A stretch of 64,000 nt of DNA from Roseibacillus sp. (lineage in GTDB: Bacteria > Verrucomicrobiota > Verrucomicrobiia > Verrucomicrobiales > Akkermansiaceae), in contig JBPOGI010000001.1 of assembly GCA_051251855.1 (NCBI GenBank), positions 1,088,001-1,152,000 of the forward strand, given 5' to 3'. The translations under genes were made by a program, and so were the position numbers. The notes beneath the pieces are model-generated. The model worked only from the letters and a program-made list of their open reading frames with translations, was not told where the DNA came from and ran no database searches. Of this stretch, positions 37,312-47,194 are shown one piece after another (the first letter of the stretch is position 1; each line of letters begins with the position of its first letter).

Positions 37312-38376
37312 ATGAATCCCAAATTCGCTATTGCAGCACTATATTTCCAGGGACAGATGTTCGCCTTTGACATCACCTTAGATTACTCACACGACAATTT
37401 TTTCACCAACATTGACAACCCATATGGAGCTGTGGGGCAGGCAGCAATCCAAGCGGCAGCCGACGAGATTTCAGGCCTGATTACGAACTCCTTGGCGCCC
37501 ATCACCAACGACGTCATCAGCGCTTCCTCGGGGGGAGCTACGGCCCAATTTACCATGACCTATAACTACGTCGACCCCAACACTGGCAGCACAACTAACC
37601 TACTGCAACGTTCCCCCACTGGTATTGGTGCCGACGAGATTGTGGTCTATGTCGGAGCTCGTAGTATGGATATCTCAACCTACGCGGAAGCGTCTCCCGG
37701 AACCCCTTCTGTATCGATTGGCGGTGGAGGTTCGGAGGCCGGTTGGGTCTCGGCGATGTCCCAAGCCAACACCGCAATGAATCTCATGTATGGCCGAGGA
37801 GGCTACGACATGCAACGAATCTCAGGCGGAGCCACTTTTGGTTCTACGACCGCTAACTACGACCTGAATTTTGGACCAGTGACTGGCAGCATGTGGTTCA
37901 ACGACTCTCTTGGAGACTCGTCCTCAGGACGAGAATCATGGGAGGAAAACAACGATTTTTGGCATTTCGATCACACCACGGAAGTAGACACTGGAAAAAT
38001 CGATATCTATAGCATTGCCCTACACGAGATACTCCACGTCCTTGGCTATGGAACGAGTGAGAGCTGGGATGATTACACCTCGGGTTCAGATTGGACAGGC
38101 CCTGAGGCAAGCGCGCTTTTGGGAACAGGCGAAGACGCGCTCCATTCCGATGGCTACCACATTGCGTCTGGTCTAGAGAGCCCAGGCTACGAGGATGGAG
38201 TTCTGCGCAACACAGTTATGAACCGCTCTCCGGTGGCGGGTGAACGAGATCAACTCACCCTGTTAGACCTCGCCTTCCTCCAGGACTCAGGATATGAAAT
38301 CGGGGCCATTCCTGAGCCGCAGAGTGCTATTCTAATCACCCTCACCTGCGGCCTTTTCCTAAAGCGCCGGCGGTAG
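37312..38376 (+). CDS. PEP-CTERM-sorted zinc metalloprotease (matrixin/metzincin-like)
   Basis: HEILHVLG zinc motif, downstream GYH and VMN Met-turn, C-terminal IPEPQSAILITLTCGLFLKRRR. Confidence 0.85.
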   Translation: MNPKFAIAALYFQGQMFAFDITLDYSHDNFFTNIDNPYGAVGQAAIQAAADEISGLITNSLAPITNDVISASSGGATAQFTMTYNYVDPNTGSTTNLLQRSPTGIGADEIVVYVGARSMDISTYAEASPGTPSVSIGGGGSEAGWVSAMSQANTAMNLMYGRGGYDMQRISGGATFGSTTANYDLNFGPVTGSMWFNDSLGDSSSGRESWEENNDFWHFDHTTEVDTGKIDIYSIALHEILHVLGYGTSESWDDYTSGSDWTGPEASALLGTGEDALHSDGYHIASGLESPGYEDGVLRNTVMNRSPVAGERDQLTLLDLAFLQDSGYEIGAIPEPQSAILITLTCGLFLKRRR

Positions 38377-38387
38377 AGCTGCTTTCT

Positions 38388-39035
38388 CTACTGGCGGAAA
38401 AGACCTCCAAATTTGGAGTTCTTTCTCTTATCACTTGGTGCTGGTGGCTGCCAGCTTGTGACGACTGAAGGTTGAGCTTCTCCTGCTACGACCTCTTCGG
38501 GGACTGATTCTACAACCTCCTCGACGGCTTCCAGTTTTTGAAATGGATTAGGGCGTTCAGTCTGAACAGGCTCAGAGAATACTTCCAACTTGGTAGAAGG
38601 CTCCTCGACCTCTTCCTGCACTTGAACAATGGGATGTGAGTCCACAATTGTTTCAGCTGGTTCAACCAACTCGGCTTCAACAATTTTCCCAACGGGAGCT
38701 TCCTCCTCAAGTCGTTCAACTTCTTGGATAGTCTGAACAGGCTCTTGCTCTGGCATCACTTCATCAAAAATTGATGGAGAGACAGCTTCAGGAACTTCCA
38801 CTTCATTTACCACAATGGCATCCTCCTCCATTTCGGTAGCCATGAGAAAAGGACTCACCAATGGAGCTGTATCTTCTACCGCTGGAGCCTCAGACTCTGT
38901 CGTAACAGCCACAGGCTCAGCAACAGGAAGTGTCGTGACTTTGGACGCTTCCGGTAAAACCTGAAACTCAGGGATAGGAAACGGCTCAATCTGAAAGGCA
39001 ATTTTTCCGGGACGAGGAGCAACGGACTGGAACAT
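38388..39035 (-). CDS. Acidic E/P/V-rich low-complexity hypothetical protein
   Basis: Open frame of 215 aa from ATG 39035 with strong compositional bias and a basic/amphipathic C-terminus (KRKNSKFGGLFRQ). Confidence 0.65.
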   Translation of the reverse strand: MFQSVAPRPGKIAFQIEPFPIPEFQVLPEASKVTTLPVAEPVAVTTESEAPAVEDTAPLVSPFLMATEMEEDAIVVNEVEVPEAVSPSIFDEVMPEQEPVQTIQEVERLEEEAPVGKIVEAELVEPAETIVDSHPIVQVQEEVEEPSTKLEVFSEPVQTERPNPFQKLEAVEEVVESVPEEVVAGEAQPSVVTSWQPPAPSDKRKNSKFGGLFRQ

Positions 39036-39101
39036 GACAGTATAAAACCATAAAATGTCACACTTTGTCAACAATTTAGCATTTTTAACCATCTTCTTCG
39101 A

Positions 39102-39725
39102 ATGGTTCTTGTTTCCGAAGGCACCCCTATTGCACAAAGACCCGTGCTTACGTTGGGAATTCTCGGTTCTGGGTCTGGTTCGAATATGCAGGCAATTCTG
39201 GATGCTATCTCCTCAGGGCGCTTGAAGGCCCGCATAGCGCTAGTTCTGTCGGATCAACCTGAAGCATTCATTCTTGAACGGGCAAAGAACAACAATTTGC
39301 CAACAGGGCTGATTGACTGCCACGGCTACCAAACCCGTTTTCCGGAGTCAGCGCAACTCGCGACTGCGAAGATGCTCCAAGATGCGAAGGTAGACCTCGT
39401 GTGCCTCGCTGGATTCATGCGTCTGGTGAAGACTCCGCTCCTCGAAGCCTTTCCTAGCCGCATTCTCAATATCCATCCTTCCCTTCTCCCAGCCTATCCC
39501 GGCATGGCTGCTTGGGAGCAAGCCGTTGACGCTGGAGCCCAAGAAAGTGGTTGCACGGTCCATCTTGTTGACTCGGGAATGGACACTGGTCCGGTCCTAG
39601 GCCAAGCGCGCGTGCCGGTGCTTCCATCCGATACTGCAACTAGTCTGCATCAACGGATACAGGTTGAGGAACATCAACTCTATCCGGAGGTAATTGCGCG
39701 TTACGCCCAATCTCTTGCTGATTAG
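39102..39725 (+). CDS. purN: Phosphoribosylglycinamide formyltransferase
   Basis: SGSGSNMQA, LAGFMR, NIHPSLLP, GCTVH.VD.GMDTGP. Confidence 0.96.
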   Translation: MVLVSEGTPIAQRPVLTLGILGSGSGSNMQAILDAISSGRLKARIALVLSDQPEAFILERAKNNNLPTGLIDCHGYQTRFPESAQLATAKMLQDAKVDLVCLAGFMRLVKTPLLEAFPSRILNIHPSLLPAYPGMAAWEQAVDAGAQESGCTVHLVDSGMDTGPVLGQARVPVLPSDTATSLHQRIQVEEHQLYPEVIARYAQSLAD

Positions 39726-40413
39726 ATTTCTCTAATGGGTGTCCCTCGACAGGCAAATACTCCCATTCTCCTAGGTGACGAGGTCTGGTGTCAAAGACCC
39801 TGACATCGAGCCACATTTTCACCCTCGCCGCGACTTCCCTGAGATTGGTCTTCAGCCCCACACCACTGGGAACATCTTGTGCATTGTAGCCCACAAACTC
39901 GAGTCCCTCATTCTGGGCAATGTAGGCAGCTCTCTCATTGTGAAATTTTTGCGAAATAAGAATCACCGAAGGGGCCCGAAAAACCTCCTTGGCCCTCACC
40001 ACGGTATCAAGCGTCCGCAGCCCTGCGAAGTCGCGAACGATGACCTCTTTAGGAACCCCTCTTTCAAGGAGAGCATCACGCATCTTGTTAGGTTCATTGT
40101 AATACTTCTCACGATTATCGCCTGACACCAAAAGACACTCCACTTTTCCCGCTTCCCAAAGGTCAACTGCAGCATCAATGCGGTGAGTGAAATAGAGATT
40201 ATCGCGCTCTCCAACCTTATCTGTAGTTCCGAAAAGAAGTCCTACCGGCTGGGCCGGTATCTCGCTCACTTGGTCGTAGAGACGCCCTTCTCCTGCCCTC
40301 GCTGCCGTCAAATTAGCATAGAAAATGAAAGCCACTGCAAGGAAGCCTGCAACGAAAGCAAACTTCACGAGATGGCGGAACCACTTCTTCAAATTGACGG
40401 ATTCTAAACTCAT
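39640..40413 (-). CDS. SanA/ElyC (DUF218) family protein
   Basis: N-terminal TM, LLVSGDN...YNEP..M, DFAGLRTLD, SQKFHNERA, RE..ARVK; start moved to ATG 40413. Confidence 0.88.
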   Translation of the reverse strand: MSLESVNLKKWFRHLVKFAFVAGFLAVAFIFYANLTAARAGEGRLYDQVSEIPAQPVGLLFGTTDKVGERDNLYFTHRIDAAVDLWEAGKVECLLVSGDNREKYYNEPNKMRDALLERGVPKEVIVRDFAGLRTLDTVVRAKEVFRAPSVILISQKFHNERAAYIAQNEGLEFVGYNAQDVPSGVGLKTNLREVAARVKMWLDVRVFDTRPRHLGEWEYLPVEGHPLEKSNQQEIGRNAQLPPDRVDVPQPVSVDAD

Positions 40414-41360
40414 TTGTTCGGGGTCCAGGGAGAAAGAGCCCTGAGCATTTCCTCCCACTTGGGCATTCCTGCATCCTCTGGCGCCAGGACTCTTAACTTC
40501 TCGGGGATATTTTTGAAAGTCGCCACCTGTGTTTTTCCCCAGAGCTCCCCATCCACTTCAACTGGAATCTCGCGGTCGCACTCGACTCTTAAACCACTCG
40601 ATTGATGGTAGGCAACCGTGTCCATTTTTTCGTCAAACCCTCCGCGAACTAAACCGCCCAACGAATCAGCTACCACCTTATACCCGGCTTCTTTAAAGAC
40701 CAGCACGTCGAGAAGGTCATCTGCATTGTTCGCCTTCCCGAAAAGACGAACCTGTCCTCCGTAGAGAGAGCCATTCCCGACCAATACGGCCACTCCTTCT
40801 TCAACCTGTCCTTCATCGAAGTGCACCGTCATTTTCGGAGGCTTATCCCCCAGAACCTTCATCGCCGAAATGAGGTAAGCCAAGGGCCCAAGAGCCTTCT
40901 TAGCCTCCCACTTCGTCTCCTCAATGACTTGAGCGTCAAATCCGACTCCCGCCATCTGAACGAAGGGAGCCCCATTCATGGTAAACAAGTCGACATCAAC
41001 TTGGTTCCCTTTGTCGATGACTTCAAAGGCCAACTTCAACTGATCAACGGGAAGACCGAGCTCACGGGCAAAGACGTTCATCGTTCCCGTCGGCAAGATT
41101 CCCAAAGCTGTCTTTTTCCCGGCCAGCCCTTTCACCACTGCATTCAAGGTTCCGTCGCCACCTGCCGCAATTACAATAGGTTCACCTGCGTCAGCAATGG
41201 TTGCGGCAAGTTCCTCAGCTTCTTCCCCCGAGTTCGAGGCATAGATCGCGAATCGCCCAGCATGGTCCATGATGAAGCGTCGTGCTCCATCCGCACGCTC
41301 GCTGCGCGCCTTTGGATTCATAATGAGGGGATATCGATTCCCGTGGCTTGTCTTAATCAT
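40410..41360 (-). CDS. Diacylglycerol/lipid kinase family protein (YegS/DagK-like)
   Basis: IMNPKA, AGGDGT, LPTGTMNVFARELG, GVGFDA, VDGE. Confidence 0.9.
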   Translation of the reverse strand: MIKTSHGNRYPLIMNPKARSERADGARRFIMDHAGRFAIYASNSGEEAEELAATIADAGEPIVIAAGGDGTLNAVVKGLAGKKTALGILPTGTMNVFARELGLPVDQLKLAFEVIDKGNQVDVDLFTMNGAPFVQMAGVGFDAQVIEETKWEAKKALGPLAYLISAMKVLGDKPPKMTVHFDEGQVEEGVAVLVGNGSLYGGQVRLFGKANNADDLLDVLVFKEAGYKVVADSLGGLVRGGFDEKMDTVAYHQSSGLRVECDREIPVEVDGELWGKTQVATFKNIPEKLRVLAPEDAGMPKWEEMLRALSPWTPNK

Positions 41361-41913
41361 GTTGAAAATTCTTCAATTCAGTCACTACCCGCGTAACCGG
41401 CAGTCCCATCACATTGTCGCGGCAACCGTCCACTTCTGCAATGATCAGTTCGCCTCCGTCTTGAATAGCGTAGCCACCAGCCTTATCGAGGACATGAACT
41501 TTGGCATGGTAATCCTTAATATCTTGCTCGCTGAGTTCTTTGAAGCGGACTCGGGTGGCTTCATGGAAGACTTCCTCTCGCTCCCCTTTCAAAATCGCGA
41601 ATCCCGTCACGACCTCATGCCAGTTGCCCGCAAGCGAGCGCAACATCTCGGCACCCTCGTCTAGATCTTGCGGTTTTCCGAGGGTATGCCCGTCAATCAC
41701 AACCACCGTATCTGAACCCAGCACGATCGCCTCGGGATTCTTCGCGCTGATATCACGCGCCTTTAATAACGAATTCTCGCGAGCTAGCTCAACGGGTTCT
41801 CGAGAGTTAGCCGCCAATTCCTCCACTCCTGACGGCTGGACCAAAAAGTCAATCCCTTCGCGCGCAAGGAGCTCGCTGCGCCGAGGAGAACCAGAGGCCA
41901 AAATTAACTTCAC
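41353..41913 (-). CDS. maf: Maf family nucleoside triphosphate pyrophosphatase
   Basis: LILASGSPRR, GSDTVV, GKP, DKAGGYAIQ, NVMGLP. Confidence 0.94.
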   Translation of the reverse strand: MKLILASGSPRRSELLAREGIDFLVQPSGVEELAANSREPVELARENSLLKARDISAKNPEAIVLGSDTVVVIDGHTLGKPQDLDEGAEMLRSLAGNWHEVVTGFAILKGEREEVFHEATRVRFKELSEQDIKDYHAKVHVLDKAGGYAIQDGGELIIAEVDGCRDNVMGLPVTRVVTELKNFQHD

Positions 41914-42111
41914 TCCCGACCTTAGGATTGAAAACTCGTCCCGTGCAAGAGGTCCTCGCGACTTGATAGCCCGTTTTCATCATTACTCCTCTTCTAGATG
42001 CCTAAAACCTCCAGTTCATGCCTGATTCACCTAGGAACTATAGGGAAAATCTATCTGTTGAGCTCTTTTCGCGGAATCCCCCTTCTACGAGGGCCTATCG
42101 ACCGAGTCGCA

Positions 42112-42140
42112 TTGACTCTTGCCCTCGTTCTGCTTAGTTT
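42112..42140 (+). promoter_or_regulatory. Sigma70-type promoter of DUF1800 copy 1
   Basis: TTGACT-N17-TAGTTT, conserved in copy 2. Confidence 0.6.
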
Positions 42141-42220
42141 TCGCGCATCAGCCTATCTCAGATAGCTGCACCCCTCAGGCCTGTTCTCCCCCCAGTGTTC
42201 AAAGCCCGATCTGTTCAAAA

Positions 42221-45200
42221 ATGAAAATCCCCCTTTCCGCTCTGGTTTTTGCTGGAATCTCATCGGCCGCGGCCAGTATTGAGACCGTTTTCGTTGTTGG
42301 TGAAAACGATGGGCAACATTTGCCTTTTGGCGCCGAAAACTCGATCACAGAGCCACCTCCTGGTTCTACCACCCAGATCGATGACCACTACTACGTATCC
42401 CTCGGAGAACCCGCCGCCAACTTCGAGCGCGCCCTCACCACATGGGACCCCTCTAATACCGTTCATTTTGACCTGACCGCAGCTCAGACTAATACCAATG
42501 GCGTTTTCAACTTCACTATCAACTTTCTGTGGTCCGGAAACAGCCAAGATACTACCACCGCAAACGTGGTTTCGTTTCGTTTGAATGGAGTTGAGTTTTT
42601 CCTCACCCCCTCTTTTGAAGCTTACGAAGAATTTAACATCGAGTTCGCTACTCTTCCGGGAATGGTTCAAACTGGAGCCAACACCCTCGAAATCCGCCGA
42701 ACTGGAGGAACGAACGACACCTGGTTGGGAATCGACTCCCTCCAATTGACCGTCGACCCCACTGCAAATCAAGATGAGGACTCAGACGGGCTCCCGCTGC
42801 GATGGGAAACCCTCTACCAACTCTCTGACAACGATGGTTCGGACGCGGGAATCAGCTCGGACGAAGACCTCCTCACCAACCTGCAAGAATTCCAAGCGGG
42901 AACCAATCCTCGCTCTGCAGATAGTGATAGCGACGGTCTCCCTGACCATTTGGAAACAGCCACCGACCCGCTCGATCCCGATAGTGATCATGACGGCCTG
43001 CTTGACGGTGAAGAAACGACCTCCAGTCCAGTCCTCGCCGACACCGACAGTGATGGAGCCCCCGATGCTTGGGAAATTCGCACCGGTTACGACCCGAGCA
43101 ATAATGCCTCAGCCCCTCCTTCTTTTTCGGGAGCCATCGGAGTCAATTTCCGTTCGGGTGTCGACTCCGGCGAAAAAGGTCTTTGGACTGCCATCACCCC
43201 CAACGGCTGGATTCCTCAAATCAATTGGAACCAGACCCAGCCCCTTCGTGAATGGGGAGTTCCCGATGAAACGGCACTTCTCACCGGCGACACCACCGAC
43301 ATCGAGCAGCCCGTAGCAGAAACGATTGTCGACTCTTCCGGGAGTCCGCTCGCTACCACGATCACCTTTAGCTATGATGGTTGCTGGACCAGCGCCAACT
43401 CAGGCACGGCGGCAGCTGAGCTTTTACACGGATTCTTAAGAAGCGACCCTACCTTCAACGCCTCCGTTTCGGTTGCCGATATTCCCTACAGCAACTACGA
43501 TCTCTATCTTTACCTGGGGGCCGAGTATGTCGCTCCTTCCGTAACGCTCAGACTGAATGGAGACCCCAGCAATGAGCAAACCCTCCGCGTGCAAGCCACC
43601 GCACCCACCAAAAACTTTCGGCCAGCCTATCAAGTCGCTGGACCTCTTTTACCGCGATACAACACCGTCCGGTTCGCGGACCTTACTGGCAGCAACCTCT
43701 CGCTAGAACTCATTCACGGGTCTGATATCACCGGAATCGCTGGCATCCAAATTGTAGATACTAATGCCGACTCCGATAGCGACCTTCTTCCCGACTACTG
43801 GGAACTTCAGCACCGCACTGACGCCGGAACCAGCAATGCAAATGCGGACCCAGACGGAGACTTGTTAGATAATGCCGCTGAGTTTGCTCTCGGAACCGAT
43901 CCCAACAATCCCGACTCCGACAACGACGGGCTGAGCGACCTTGTCGAGACCAACACCGGAACCTTCATCGATAGCAGCAATACCGGCACTAACCCTCTCT
44001 ATGGCGATACTGATGGCGACGGTTTAGGAGATAACGACGAACTTCAAAACGCCTTTCCAAGCAACCCTCTTTTAAGTGATACCGACAACGATGGCCAAAA
44101 TGACGCCGTCGAAATCGACAAAAAATCAGACCCCTCCAGCGCTGGCGAAAATCAGGTCCCCGTCCCAACCTTTCCTGCGCCAAACAGTTTCTCATGGGAA
44201 GTGAACAATGTTCAAATCGAGCAAAACCACGATACACCGGTGAACACTTCAGGAGCGGGAAGCCAACGTGACTTCCTTTCCCTTAACGTCAGTAATGCCC
44301 TCGCGCCCATCTATCGAGGCCTCGACTTTCGCATTGCTCAATCTGGCAATGAAATCGGCTACACTTTCGTCTCTCGCGGAACCGCTCTTTTTCAACACTC
44401 TGACAACTATGACCTCTACCACAGCGATTTCAGCAACGACTTGAGAGCGAGCTTTGGGCTTTCTGGTTACGGAAGCCACGACATCTCAGACCCACTCACC
44501 TTCCAAGTTCTGGCCTCTCCCAATCCAGCCCCTTCTACGAGTTGGAGTCTTACTTTCAACATCATCAATCAGAAGAGTTCAATCGTCGTCGCGACCCACA
44601 CCTTCTCCAACACCACTCCCAGCGCTAGCATTGCGGCTCAAACCGCCACTTGGGTAGACCAGAACGAAACTCCTGATCAGGCCTCTCTCATCACAGGTAT
44701 TGGCATCACTGCCTACCGTTCCTCGACTGCACTCGAGTCTCTACCTGCCTTCGCCCCCTACCTCGACTCCGACAACGACGGCATTTCCGATGCTTGGGAA
44801 GTCCTCCACAGCTTGGATCCAAACGATGCCTCTGACGCTCTGTTAGATTCTGACAACGATGACCTGACCAATCGCGACGAATACTTACGGGGAACTCTCC
44901 CTTCCAATCCGGACAGCGACAATGACGGCGCAAACGATGGTGAAGAACTCGCACAATGGAGCGACCCCTCAGACCCCACTTCAGAGCCACCCTACTTCCA
45001 CAACCCGCCCGTTTACGAACCAGACCTCGACAACAACGGACTTCCAGATGTTTGGGAAGCCGCCTTTCAAACATCAGGCCTCAACGCCTCCGATGACAAT
45101 GACGGTGATGGTTTTAGCAACTACCAAGAAGCCGTCGCCGGAACGGATCCTCTCGACGTGACTTCGATGCCCTTTTTCGAAGTGTCACCCGCCCCTACCG

Positions 45201-47173
45201 ACGGCATTCTTCGCGCCAGTTGGCCTGTCATTCCCGGCAAAGACCAAACCCTCCAATCCTCCCCCAATCTTTCGGATTGGAATTTAGTCGCTGGAGCAGC
45301 CACCACAGCCGACGACACCTCAACTCAGGATGTCGCAGCTGCTCTCAACCAACAATTTTTCCAAGTCGGCATCTCCGACCGCAATAGTGACGGTGACCCA
45401 CTTAATGATTGGACCGAACTTGCCCTCGGTCTTTCACCCACCAGCGCCCATTCCGTTTCTCGTCCAGTCGCGATCGATACCACGAGCGATGGTGAGGGTG
45501 ACTCGGAGATTTCGGGAGATCTCGCCTATTGGCAAAGCACCTTTGGAAACCTCACGGAGCTCAGTTCTGGTGGTTCGGTCAATACCCCTTCCCGCTATGA
45601 TGCCTCTCGCCTTCTGTTGCAGTCCACTTTTGGACCTACTTTGGAAGAAATTGATGACGTGCGCGCTTTGGGACTGGAAGGATGGATCGACGACCAAATC
45701 ACCGCTCAACCCCCAACCCGACACCGTGACTACATCGACGAAATCTACCGCGACTTCGATGGCCCGCGCACCAACATCGACTACTCCTACAATGACCTCG
45801 ATGACTTCTTAAACGACAACAACGTGAACACCTCGTTTGCTCGTGCTGCCATCTCCGGCCCAGATCAACTTCGCCAACGTGTCGCTTTCGCGCTCTCTCA
45901 AATCATCGTCGTTTCTCGCCGCGACGCTAACCTCAACAACCGGCTCATCGCAGTCACCGACTTCTACGACTTATTTGTCGAGCATGCCTTCGGGAACTAC
46001 CAGGACTTGCTCATGGAAGTCACGCTGCATCCCACCATGGGACGCTACCTTTCACACATCGGCAACCGACCTCCCGCGCCCGAAATCAACCGCTACCCTG
46101 ACGAGAACTACGCCCGAGAGTTGATGCAACTTTTCACCATAGGAATTTGGGAACTCGAACAAGACGGAAGCCGCAAGACGGACACCAGCGGAGCTTTCAT
46201 CCCCACCTACTCTAACGCAGAAATCACAGACCTAGCTCGGGTGATGACCGGGCTCTGGTTCGGAGACAACCTTTGGGGTGCGGGTGGTTGGCAGGATTTT
46301 GACTATGCGGTGCCCATGGACATGCATCCCAATTACCACGACTTCGAGCCCAAGACGCTCCTTGGAGGATTCACCATTCCGAAGCGAACTCCCAGTAAGG
46401 AAAATGCTCTCTTGGACGTTCAGGATGCCATTCGAAATCTCTTCGAGCATCCAAACTGCGCCCCTTTCATTAGTAAGGCTCTCATTCAATTTCTCGTCAC
46501 CTCTAATCCGACTCCGGCCTATGTCGGACGGATATCCTCCGTCTTCGCCGATGATGGCACTGGAGAACGCGGAAATCTCGCGGCAACCATCAAAGCTATC
46601 CTGATGGATCCCGAAGCGAGAGACCCCACCATCGCCAATAGACCGGAGTTCGGAATCTTCCGCGAGCCGGTCATTCGCACCATGCATTTAGCCAGGCTCA
46701 CGAACGTCAATCGCGATAACAACGTGCTGTGGTGGGACTATGGCGACTATTACGCCCAGTCGCTGCAACAAGCGACCTCCTCGCCCTCAGTTTTCAATTT
46801 CTTCCGCCCCGACTACAGGGCTCCCGGAATTCTTACCGAGAACAATTTGGTCGCACCTGCGCTTGAGATCACCAACTCCCACACAGCAGTCGCCTTCCCC
46901 GATGAGCTTTGGGGTCACGCTAACTTCGGATTCGCGCTTTATACCGACTACTCCTTCCCCGCCGATTACTCCCAACTCCTTCCTTACGCCAACGAGCACG
47001 AAGCCCTCCTTGATTATGTGAACCTAGTGGTTTGTGGCGGTAATATAAGCGCCCAAACCCGCTCCATCATTCTCAACGCCCTCAACACTACCGACCCAGG
47101 TGACGACTCTGGTCGTGTTCGTCTCGCCCTCTACCTCGCCTTCATGTGCCCTCAAGGGGCCGTGCAACGATAA
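42221..47173 (+). CDS. Giant secreted DUF1800 family protein with Ca-binding DxDxDG repeats (copy 1)
   Basis: Signal peptide from ATG 42221, many DSDxDGL..GTxP repeats, C-terminal DUF1800 (ASRLLLQSTFGP, DQLRQRVAFALSQI.V.S, PDENYARE.MQLF.IG, SPSVFNFFRP). Confidence 0.88.
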   Translation: MKIPLSALVFAGISSAAASIETVFVVGENDGQHLPFGAENSITEPPPGSTTQIDDHYYVSLGEPAANFERALTTWDPSNTVHFDLTAAQTNTNGVFNFTINFLWSGNSQDTTTANVVSFRLNGVEFFLTPSFEAYEEFNIEFATLPGMVQTGANTLEIRRTGGTNDTWLGIDSLQLTVDPTANQDEDSDGLPLRWETLYQLSDNDGSDAGISSDEDLLTNLQEFQAGTNPRSADSDSDGLPDHLETATDPLDPDSDHDGLLDGEETTSSPVLADTDSDGAPDAWEIRTGYDPSNNASAPPSFSGAIGVNFRSGVDSGEKGLWTAITPNGWIPQINWNQTQPLREWGVPDETALLTGDTTDIEQPVAETIVDSSGSPLATTITFSYDGCWTSANSGTAAAELLHGFLRSDPTFNASVSVADIPYSNYDLYLYLGAEYVAPSVTLRLNGDPSNEQTLRVQATAPTKNFRPAYQVAGPLLPRYNTVRFADLTGSNLSLELIHGSDITGIAGIQIVDTNADSDSDLLPDYWELQHRTDAGTSNANADPDGDLLDNAAEFALGTDPNNPDSDNDGLSDLVETNTGTFIDSSNTGTNPLYGDTDGDGLGDNDELQNAFPSNPLLSDTDNDGQNDAVEIDKKSDPSSAGENQVPVPTFPAPNSFSWEVNNVQIEQNHDTPVNTSGAGSQRDFLSLNVSNALAPIYRGLDFRIAQSGNEIGYTFVSRGTALFQHSDNYDLYHSDFSNDLRASFGLSGYGSHDISDPLTFQVLASPNPAPSTSWSLTFNIINQKSSIVVATHTFSNTTPSASIAAQTATWVDQNETPDQASLITGIGITAYRSSTALESLPAFAPYLDSDNDGISDAWEVLHSLDPNDASDALLDSDNDDLTNRDEYLRGTLPSNPDSDNDGANDGEELAQWSDPSDPTSEPPYFHNPPVYEPDLDNNGLPDVWEAAFQTSGLNASDDNDGDGFSNYQEAVAGTDPLDVTSMPFFEVSPAPTDGILRASWPVIPGKDQTLQSSPNLSDWNLVAGAATTADDTSTQDVAAALNQQFFQVGISDRNSDGDPLNDWTELALGLSPTSAHSVSRPVAIDTTSDGEGDSEISGDLAYWQSTFGNLTELSSGGSVNTPSRYDASRLLLQSTFGPTLEEIDDVRALGLEGWIDDQITAQPPTRHRDYIDEIYRDFDGPRTNIDYSYNDLDDFLNDNNVNTSFARAAISGPDQLRQRVAFALSQIIVVSRRDANLNNRLIAVTDFYDLFVEHAFGNYQDLLMEVTLHPTMGRYLSHIGNRPPAPEINRYPDENYARELMQLFTIGIWELEQDGSRKTDTSGAFIPTYSNAEITDLARVMTGLWFGDNLWGAGGWQDFDYAVPMDMHPNYHDFEPKTLLGGFTIPKRTPSKENALLDVQDAIRNLFEHPNCAPFISKALIQFLVTSNPTPAYVGRISSVFADDGTGERGNLAATIKAILMDPEARDPTIANRPEFGIFREPVIRTMHLARLTNVNRDNNVLWWDYGDYYAQSLQQATSSPSVFNFFRPDYRAPGILTENNLVAPALEITNSHTAVAFPDELWGHANFGFALYTDYSFPADYSQLLPYANEHEALLDYVNLVVCGGNISAQTRSIILNALNTTDPGDDSGRVRLALYLAFMCPQGAVQR

Positions 47174-47194
47174 CTTTACTAGCCCCCTCAAACG

